Positions 63,701 through 64,000 of a stretch of 64,000 bases of DNA are shown here, in pieces. Numbering within the stretch: the first letter of the stretch is position 1; every line of letters begins with the position of its first letter. A program made the position numbers and the translations under genes. Under the pieces are notes generated by a model that worked only from the letters and a program-made list of their open reading frames with translations, was not told the DNA's origin and made no database searches. The DNA comes from Botryllus schlosseri (Eukaryota), in assembly GCA_051294905.1 (NCBI GenBank), contig CM119379.1, forward strand, positions 5,890,001-5,954,000, written 5' to 3'.

Positions 63701-64000
63701 GCTACTAATTGTCAGAGATAACTTTTCCACTCCATTCCTCTTTAGATAAATAGACATGAAGGTGGGCATGAAGTCACAATACAATTTCTTAAAAAGTTTT
63801 ACAAGCCCTTAAGTCATGTCTAGCTAAATGAATAACTCTCCTTCTTGAATTACATAGATTTGGATTTGTGATTGTTATAGGTTCATTGTTTCATCGTCAA
63901 ATATTCAACAAAATTTTACCGTGCGTTGGTATATAGTCAGGTTTTCTATATCCTGTCCATACATGTGATAGAAAAATTCCACACAGTGATATCCATTGCT
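542..64000 (-). CDS. Giant multi-exon MAM and LDL-receptor class A domain-containing protein (MALRD1/MLRP-like), partial; both ends outside window
   Basis: 71 exons bounded by GT/AG with every intron phase matching; 12,951 coding nt = 4,317 codons, no stop. 24 MAM C-terminal motifs (GDIAIDD-like) plus CxFExxxCxW, DFDW, GPxxDHT, YxYIE and CxxFWYHMYG motifs; 3 LDLa modules toward the 3' part. Orthology not established, so no symbol is given. Confidence 0.96.
774..898 (-). CDS. Exon 70, MAM24
   Basis: [11 protein letters not shown]...SSGN; phase 2 out. Confidence 0.91.
1386..1519 (-). CDS. Exon 69, MAM24
   Basis: [19 protein letters not shown]...DDANR. Confidence 0.89.
1578..1806 (-). CDS. Exon 68, MAM23 end / MAM24 start
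   Basis: VEFRG...TDIAVDD...[10 protein letters not shown]...HSGP. Confidence 0.91.
2381..2526 (-). CDS. Exon 67, MAM23
   Basis: DAGEVFV...GRQWSLQY...PAGFK. Confidence 0.89.
2592..2717 (-). CDS. Exon 66, MAM23
   Basis: YMMRIDN...[12 protein letters not shown]. Confidence 0.88.
3018..3315 (-). mobile_element. tRNA-derived SINE, family 1 (more diverged)
   Basis: Colinear similarity to 118-418 (gctggacaagga, ggctttctaagtc, gacctacc...acgct.ca.tattac). Confidence 0.72.
3399..3591 (-). CDS. Exon 65, LDLa3 end / MAM23 start
   Basis: [18 protein letters not shown]...[10 protein letters not shown]...GLQS. Confidence 0.92.
4198..4389 (-). CDS. Exon 64, MAM22 end / LDLa3 start
   Basis: VMIEGIVG...GDIAIDD...[20 protein letters not shown]. 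Confidence 0.93.
5160..5261 (-). CDS. Exon 63, MAM22
   Basis: DGGPWTLVW...[13 protein letters not shown]. Confidence 0.86.
5319..5487 (-). CDS. Exon 62, MAM22
   Basis: FYLYMNAAR...[11 protein letters not shown]...KRTA. Confidence 0.92.
5852..7045. mobile_element. hAT-type non-autonomous element (host of a nested MITE)
   Basis: Perfect 16-bp TIR CAGGGGTGGGCAAACT; perfect 8-bp TSD GCGTACAC; GCGGGCCG subterminal repeats. Confidence 0.93.
6550..6867. mobile_element. hAT (Charlie-like) MITE nested in 5852-7045
   Basis: Degenerate CAGTGGTTCTCAA-type TIRs; 8-bp TSD CCTTAGAA; colinear with 33593-33907. Confidence 0.88.
7102..7425 (+). pseudogene. Possible Penelope-type GIY-YIG endonuclease remnant
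   Basis: 107-codon stop-free frame without ATG containing [21 protein letters not shown]...CSDISKAK; lies next to family A hammerhead copies. Confidence 0.3.
7623..7859 (-). CDS. Exon 61, LDLa2 / MAM22 start
   Basis: [28 protein letters not shown]...[10 protein letters not shown]...TNTDA. Confidence 0.93.
8117..8258 (-). CDS. Exon 60, MAM21 end / LDLa2 start
   Basis: RISQPYL...SDLAVDD...SCAGDEY. Confidence 0.91.
8810..10359. mobile_element. hAT (Charlie-like) non-autonomous element (host of a nested MITE)
   Basis: TIR CAGTG(T/G)TTCCCAACC; perfect TSD GTTTAGTA. Confidence 0.92.
9393..9964. mobile_element. hAT MITE with GACTCGAGTC subterminal repeats, nested
   Basis: CAGGGCTG...CAATCCTG ends; TSD TTATATAT/CTATATAT (7 of 8); colinear with 44911-45428. 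Confidence 0.88.
10471..10642 (-). CDS. Exon 59, MAM21
   Basis: LLFWYHMSG...[11 protein letters not shown]. Confidence 0.91.
11296..11390 (-). CDS. Exon 58, MAM21
   Basis: YYMAVEGS...ASDTCQ. Confidence 0.9.
11470..11640 (-). CDS. Exon 57, LDLa1 end / MAM21 start
   Basis: [22 protein letters not shown]...LGSSE. Confidence 0.92.
12156..12233. repeat. AT-rich minisatellite (AAACAATATAA-ATT-like units)
   Basis: About 5 imperfect tandem units. Confidence 0.75.
12473..12568 (-). CDS. Exon 56, linker and LDLa1
   Basis: [16 protein letters not shown]...ICDYIQ. Confidence 0.88.
12743..12845 (-). CDS. Exon 55, MAM20 end
   Basis: VQIITYG...[12 protein letters not shown]. Confidence 0.89.
13216..13460 (-). 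CDS. Exon 54, MAM20
   Basis: SYLYIEAS...[10 protein letters not shown]...WKFAQ. Confidence 0.93.
14190..14360 (+). repeat. Representative copy of dispersed hammerhead-bearing repeat family A (about 200 bp, Penelope pLTR-like)
   Basis: Shared block gggttcatttcaatatgaatatactattcaattgtatattgaagttctgtacctccaagaag, or its upstream part, recurs at about 7441-7582, 16268-16365, 22725-22810, 25885-25925, 29385-29687, 42592-42670, 47696-47775, 48223-48320, 56822-56876, 59958-60190 and 63232-63340. Confidence 0.85.
14251..14294 (+). ncRNA. Minimal type I hammerhead ribozyme, family A (intact core)
   Basis: GCTGAC-gctt-ATCC-CTGACGA-gagtcagcc-GAAA-ATAT-TC-GGGT. All core nucleotides present, G10.1-C11.1 pair, palindromic helix III, 4-bp helix I; predicted cleavage after C14290. 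Confidence 0.72.
14623..14757 (-). CDS. Exon 53, MAM20 start (first two Cys absent)
   Basis: [11 protein letters not shown]...DQFDW...DHDTGK. Confidence 0.91.
15772..16010 (-). CDS. Exon 52, MAM19 end
   Basis: YNLYGQNMG...TDIALDD...ECLYP. Confidence 0.92.
16073..16217 (-). CDS. Exon 51, MAM19
   Basis: PDVDHTT...YYMYADS...ACLYF. Confidence 0.92.
16952..17174 (-). CDS. Exon 50, MAM18 end / MAM19 start
   Basis: VHIRRAG...GEIALDD...CDFEDGNCG...ALDT. Confidence 0.92.
17550..17810. mobile_element. Old hAT-like MITE family with AAGTA/TACTT subterminal repeats (representative copy)
   Basis: CAGAGGTGGTCAGTAA-like terminus; related fragments at about 1990-2280, 3710-3930, 5625-5694, 29695-29845, 41350-41445, 42030-42200 and 44020-44110. 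Confidence 0.6.
18100..18348 (-). CDS. Exon 49, MAM18
   Basis: GYYMYTD...[10 protein letters not shown]...WHHGQ. Confidence 0.93.
19238..19470 (-). CDS. Exon 48, MAM17 end, Pro linker, MAM18 start
   Basis: DIALDD...[13 protein letters not shown]...LSTE. Confidence 0.92.
20425..20566 (-). CDS. Exon 47, MAM17
   Basis: [20 protein letters not shown]...GGYT. Confidence 0.91.
20633..20784 (-). CDS. Exon 46, MAM17
   Basis: [14 protein letters not shown]...[10 protein letters not shown]...VDQQ. Confidence 0.91.
21447..21557 (-). CDS. Exon 45, MAM17
   Basis: YDNFDWLRN...GPLLDHT...GYYLYI. Confidence 0.91.
   Translation of the reverse strand, partial: TTITSTGYGTREKLVASVLGRCWITPLNRTQDIICI
21785..21929 (-). 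CDS. Exon 44, MAM16 end / MAM17 start
   Basis: IVIEGEVG...GDITIDD...[10 protein letters not shown]. Confidence 0.92.
22106..22372. mobile_element. hAT MITE, TAGGGTTACCATA family
   Basis: Perfect 14-bp TIR TAGGGTTACCATAT; TSD not preserved; related to 28511-28769 in the opposite orientation. Confidence 0.75.
23016..23259 (-). CDS. Exon 43, MAM16
   Basis: [10 protein letters not shown]...[10 protein letters not shown]...EDFQ. Confidence 0.93.
23454..23525. repeat. 34-bp tandem duplication
   Basis: TAGAAGTATGTTTACTTTACTGCTAT(T/A)TGTTATC x2. Confidence 0.9.
23657..24536. mobile_element. hAT-type non-autonomous element inserted in a LINE 3' tail
   Basis: TIR TAGGGAAAGTTTTTG; perfect TSD GTGATTAC; TGCAACTTTT subterminal repeats. 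Confidence 0.92.
24661..24827 (-). CDS. Exon 42, MAM16
   Basis: [12 protein letters not shown]...FYAYIETS. Confidence 0.92.
25115..25361 (-). CDS. Exon 41, MAM15 end
   Basis: FWYHMFGES...GDIALDD...LCDPD. Confidence 0.93.
26293..28018 (-). mobile_element. Decayed, internally deleted piggyBac transposon
   Basis: TTAA at 26289-92 and 28019-22; TIR CACTAGAAC; TTTTTTGACGC subterminal repeats. Frameshifted transposase pieces [39 protein letters not shown]...[13 protein letters not shown] and SRRWSLHVF match piggyBac transposase motifs as I know them. Confidence 0.88.
28142..28325 (-). CDS. Exon 40, MAM15
   Basis: QFDWTLRKG...[10 protein letters not shown]...GACL; phase 2 out. Confidence 0.92.
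28511..28769. mobile_element. hAT MITE, TAGGGTTACC family
   Basis: TIR TAGGGTTACC; TSD GTTATGTG/GTGATGAG (6 of 8); AGGAC subterminal repeats. Confidence 0.8.
28861..29165 (+). mobile_element. tRNA-derived SINE, family 1
   Basis: A box TAGCGTAATGG 28865-28875, B box GGTTCGATCCC 28909-28919, then conserved body and A-rich end. Confidence 0.82.
29445..29488 (-). ncRNA. Minimal type I hammerhead ribozyme, family A (G10.1-U11.1 variant)
   Basis: Reverse complement GCTGAC-gatt-ACCC-CTGACGA-gtgtcagct-GAAA-ATAT-TC-GGGT. Confidence 0.6.
29944..30160 (-). CDS. Exon 39, MAM14 end / MAM15 start
   Basis: VTLSSNVEF...GMIAIDD...[11 protein letters not shown]. Confidence 0.91.
31488..31742 (-). CDS. Exon 38, MAM14
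   Basis: GHYLYLQRL...[10 protein letters not shown]...WENGQ. Confidence 0.92.
32543..32662 (-). CDS. Exon 37, MAM14
   Basis: GLCTFVND...DSIDW...DNTLGTDK. Confidence 0.9.
32719..32862 (-). CDS. Exon 36, MAM13 end
   Basis: [15 protein letters not shown]...GDIAIDD...CDFEK. Confidence 0.92.
33221..34198. mobile_element. hAT-type non-autonomous element (host of a nested MITE)
   Basis: TIR CAGGGGTCGCCAACTC / CAGGAGTCACCAACTC; decayed TSD (5 of 8). Confidence 0.72.
33593..33907. mobile_element. hAT (Charlie-like) MITE nested in 33221-34198
   Basis: CAGTGGTTTCCAAACT-type TIR; perfect TSD CCCTAAGC. Confidence 0.92.
34708..35018 (-). CDS. Exon 35, MAM13
   Basis: [13 protein letters not shown]...[10 protein letters not shown]...WRIAQ. 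Confidence 0.93.
35120..35293 (+). mobile_element. 5'-truncated copy of the LINE 3' tail
   Basis: Colinear with the reverse complement of 40762-40935; further copies at 44670-44840 (-) and 23550-24600 (+, split by a MITE). Confidence 0.85.
35393..35579 (-). CDS. Exon 34, MAM12 end / MAM13 start
   Basis: [19 protein letters not shown]...[10 protein letters not shown]...QNSG. Confidence 0.93.
36515..36671 (-). CDS. Exon 33, MAM12
   Basis: [11 protein letters not shown]...DVDYQ. Confidence 0.91.
36737..36936 (-). CDS. Exon 32, MAM12
   Basis: [13 protein letters not shown]...YYMYIEAS...SCLHF; phase 2 out. Confidence 0.92.
37635..37908 (-). mobile_element. tRNA-derived SINE, family 2
   Basis: A box TAGCGCAGTGG (37893-37903) and B box GGTTCGAGTCC (37850-37860) on minus strand; no proper cloverleaf; 3' boundary uncertain. 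Confidence 0.6.
37966..38184 (-). CDS. Exon 31, MAM11 end, Thr linker, MAM12 start
   Basis: [19 protein letters not shown]...[13 protein letters not shown]. Confidence 0.92.
38240..38376 (-). CDS. Exon 30, MAM11
   Basis: TLNVYASS...SGDQGDTW...NPYK. Confidence 0.91.
38895..39026 (-). CDS. Exon 29, MAM11
   Basis: HYLYVGDS...[13 protein letters not shown]. Confidence 0.9.
39389..39656 (-). CDS. Exon 28, MAM10 end / MAM11 start
   Basis: VTFEAILG...DIIAFDD...[10 protein letters not shown]...FGSDL. Confidence 0.93.
40212..40672 (-). CDS. Exon 27, MAM9 end and most of MAM10
   Basis: [14 protein letters not shown]...[10 protein letters not shown]...[10 protein letters not shown]...NSYFE. Confidence 0.94.
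40762..41380 (-). mobile_element. 3' end of a CR1/L2-group LINE (ORF2 C-terminus plus 3' UTR)
   Basis: ORF 41081-41338 (LPHVFDDFF...HSHYMR...NIYF...[18 protein letters not shown]) fits the ORF2 C-terminal pattern; the 3' UTR ends AATAAAGAC(TC)n. Confidence 0.8.
42692..42863 (-). CDS. Exon 26, MAM9 (divergent)
   Basis: [10 protein letters not shown]...LWVR...SWYRQQVTV...FHAKVF. Confidence 0.85.
43831..43961 (-). CDS. Exon 25, MAM9
   Basis: [11 protein letters not shown]...[11 protein letters not shown]. Confidence 0.9.
44276..44419 (-). CDS. Exon 24, MAM9 start
   Basis: [15 protein letters not shown]...DVTTGT. Confidence 0.9.
44911..45428. mobile_element. hAT MITE with GACTCGAGTC subterminal repeats
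   Basis: TIR CAGGGTTG; perfect TSD CAAATTAA; 5' fragment of the same family at about 5557-5615. Confidence 0.92.
45731..45893 (-). CDS. Exon 23, MAM8 end and Pro/Thr linker
   Basis: [19 protein letters not shown]...TQPGG. Confidence 0.92.
46155..46271 (-). CDS. Exon 22, MAM8
   Basis: PPLTLN...[12 protein letters not shown]...REYR. Confidence 0.9.
46632..46795 (-). CDS. Exon 21, MAM8
   Basis: [19 protein letters not shown]...[10 protein letters not shown]...VYMEQ. Confidence 0.92.
47066..47297 (-). CDS. Exon 20, MAM7 end / MAM8 start
   Basis: [19 protein letters not shown]...CDFSQYCTW...GDSQ. Confidence 0.92.
48410..48678 (-). CDS. Exon 19, MAM7
   Basis: [18 protein letters not shown]...GKRYQ. 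Confidence 0.93.
49268..49429 (-). CDS. Exon 18, MAM7 start
   Basis: [17 protein letters not shown]...DEFDW...DNTYQTTY. Confidence 0.91.
49514..49599 (-). CDS. Exon 17, end of Cys-rich insert
   Basis: [28 protein letters not shown]; two possible in-frame donors 3 nt apart (start 49514 or 49517). Confidence 0.78.
49661..49841 (-). CDS. Exon 16, non-MAM Cys-rich insert (PAN/Apple-like)
   Basis: SVCWTTT...[20 protein letters not shown]; phase 1 in, phase 2 out, fits flanking exons. Confidence 0.82.
50800..50935 (-). CDS. Exon 15, MAM6 end
   Basis: ARVNLPT...[17 protein letters not shown]. Confidence 0.91.
51525..51751 (-). CDS. Exon 14, MAM6
   Basis: [11 protein letters not shown]...[10 protein letters not shown]...LNWHK. 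Confidence 0.91.
51813..52116 (-). CDS. Exon 13, MAM5 end, Pro/Thr linker, MAM6 start
   Basis: [18 protein letters not shown]...[14 protein letters not shown]...DYTT. Confidence 0.92.
52476..52642 (-). CDS. Exon 12, MAM5
   Basis: [16 protein letters not shown]...SDEKYE. Confidence 0.92.
53104..53254 (-). CDS. Exon 11, MAM5
   Basis: [15 protein letters not shown]...YLYLEGS...DATSA. Confidence 0.92.
53576..53796 (-). CDS. Exon 10, MAM4 end / MAM5 start
   Basis: DVWLAGRG...EIAIDD...[10 protein letters not shown]...LLNS. Confidence 0.92.
54252..54464 (-). CDS. Exon 9, MAM4
   Basis: HYFLYPGS...[10 protein letters not shown]...SGDQ. Confidence 0.92.
55186..55332 (+). repeat. Family B repeat; inverted copy at 57564-57707 and fragment at 57800-57838
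   Basis: About 145 bp, highly similar to the reverse complement of 57564-57707 by eye. Confidence 0.88.
55285..55331 (+). ncRNA. Minimal type I hammerhead ribozyme, family B (intact core)
   Basis: ACTGGC-g-TTCGCTC-CTGATGA-gagccagtc-GAAA-AGCT-TC-GAGTGGA. 7-bp helix I, AAGCTT palindrome; predicted cleavage after C55324. Confidence 0.8.
55975..56224 (-). CDS. Exon 8, MAM3 end / MAM4 start
   Basis: [19 protein letters not shown]...[10 protein letters not shown]...DHTYGTEA. Confidence 0.93.
56981..57156 (-). CDS. Exon 7, MAM3
   Basis: [18 protein letters not shown]...PSQQFK. Confidence 0.93.
57390..58085 (+). repeat. Diverged direct repeat (about 130 bp at 57390-57520 and 57955-58085) bracketing the family B hammerhead
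   Basis: tacagaatatgaa.aaggaactg.aactg.tt(t)tctcggttg...tatgtcaatattg..taacatgg.cgtgaaatgtgtatagagaag present twice. Confidence 0.85.
57565..57611 (-). ncRNA. Minimal type I hammerhead ribozyme, family B (intact core, sense to host pre-mRNA)
   Basis: Reverse complement ACTGGT-g-TTCGCTC-CTGATGA-gagccagcc-GAAA-AGCT-TC-GAGTGGA. Confidence 0.8.
58185..58856 (+). pseudogene. Unassigned disrupted ORF (about 220 codons, one in-frame TGA), probably a transposon remnant
   Basis: ORFs 58185-58508 and 58512-58856 share a frame and are separated only by TGA at 58506-58508; basic, ends [13 protein letters not shown]; no confident family match by eye. Confidence 0.4.
59128..59349 (-). CDS. Exon 6, MAM3
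   Basis: [14 protein letters not shown]...[10 protein letters not shown]...ERTVT. Confidence 0.93.
59749..59875 (-). CDS. Exon 5, MAM2 end and Pro/Thr linker
   Basis: [19 protein letters not shown]...PPPPTTP. Confidence 0.93.
60021..60064 (-). ncRNA. Minimal type I hammerhead ribozyme, family A (U17 variant)
   Basis: Reverse complement TCTGAC-aatt-GCCT-CTGACGA-gtgtaagac-GAAA-ATAT-TT-GGGT. Confidence 0.55.
60532..60788 (-). CDS. Exon 4, MAM2
   Basis: [19 protein letters not shown]...[10 protein letters not shown]...SAEVFS. Confidence 0.92.
60877..61968. mobile_element. hAT non-autonomous element, TAGGGTT(A/G)CCATA family
   Basis: TIR TAGGGTT(A/G)CCATA; perfect TSD GTTTATAG; TCCGGAC subterminal repeats; contains a CAGTGGTTTCCAA-type MITE at about 61393-61587 (no TSD seen). 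Confidence 0.92.
62477..62614 (-). CDS. Exon 3, MAM2
   Basis: [11 protein letters not shown]...[10 protein letters not shown]. Confidence 0.93.
62906..63089 (-). CDS. Exon 2, MAM1 end
   Basis: [17 protein letters not shown]...YGDISLDD...CSSP. Confidence 0.93.
63920..64000 (-). CDS. Exon 1 (truncated by window edge), MAM1
   Basis: [27 protein letters not shown]; GT donor, phase 0. Confidence 0.9.

Noticed and set aside
1-64000. CRISPR arrays or prokaryotic operon-like systems
   Set aside because: No regularly spaced repeat-spacer array. The window is a spliced eukaryotic gene, and recurring motifs are MAM codons or transposon subterminal repeats.

Overview
AT-rich animal genomic DNA, probably a marine invertebrate; the many 56-66 nt introns suggest a tunicate, but this is inference only. 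The whole window is the interior of one giant minus-strand gene for a MAM and LDL-receptor class A domain protein (MALRD1/MLRP-like). I traced 71 GT-AG exons by hand. All intron phases are compatible and the exons total 12,951 nt (4,317 codons) with no stop. They cover about 25 MAM domains in a three-domain higher-order register, 3 LDLa modules and one inserted PAN/Apple-like Cys module. Start and stop lie outside the window. Introns are packed with mobile DNA: hAT-type MITEs with 8-bp TSDs (four nested pairs), a decayed piggyBac with TTAA TSDs, two tRNA-derived SINE families and a CR1/L2-group LINE 3' end. The most interesting signal is two related families of short intronic repeats carrying minimal type I hammerhead ribozymes. 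These have a CUGANGA...GAAA core, a palindromic helix III, and a 6-bp loop II pseudoknot with compensatory changes. Family A alone has over a dozen pieces, often in inverted pairs, and three near-intact cores lie in the sense of the host pre-mRNA. Everything was read by eye: no database search or folding program was run, and repeat boundaries without TSDs are approximate.
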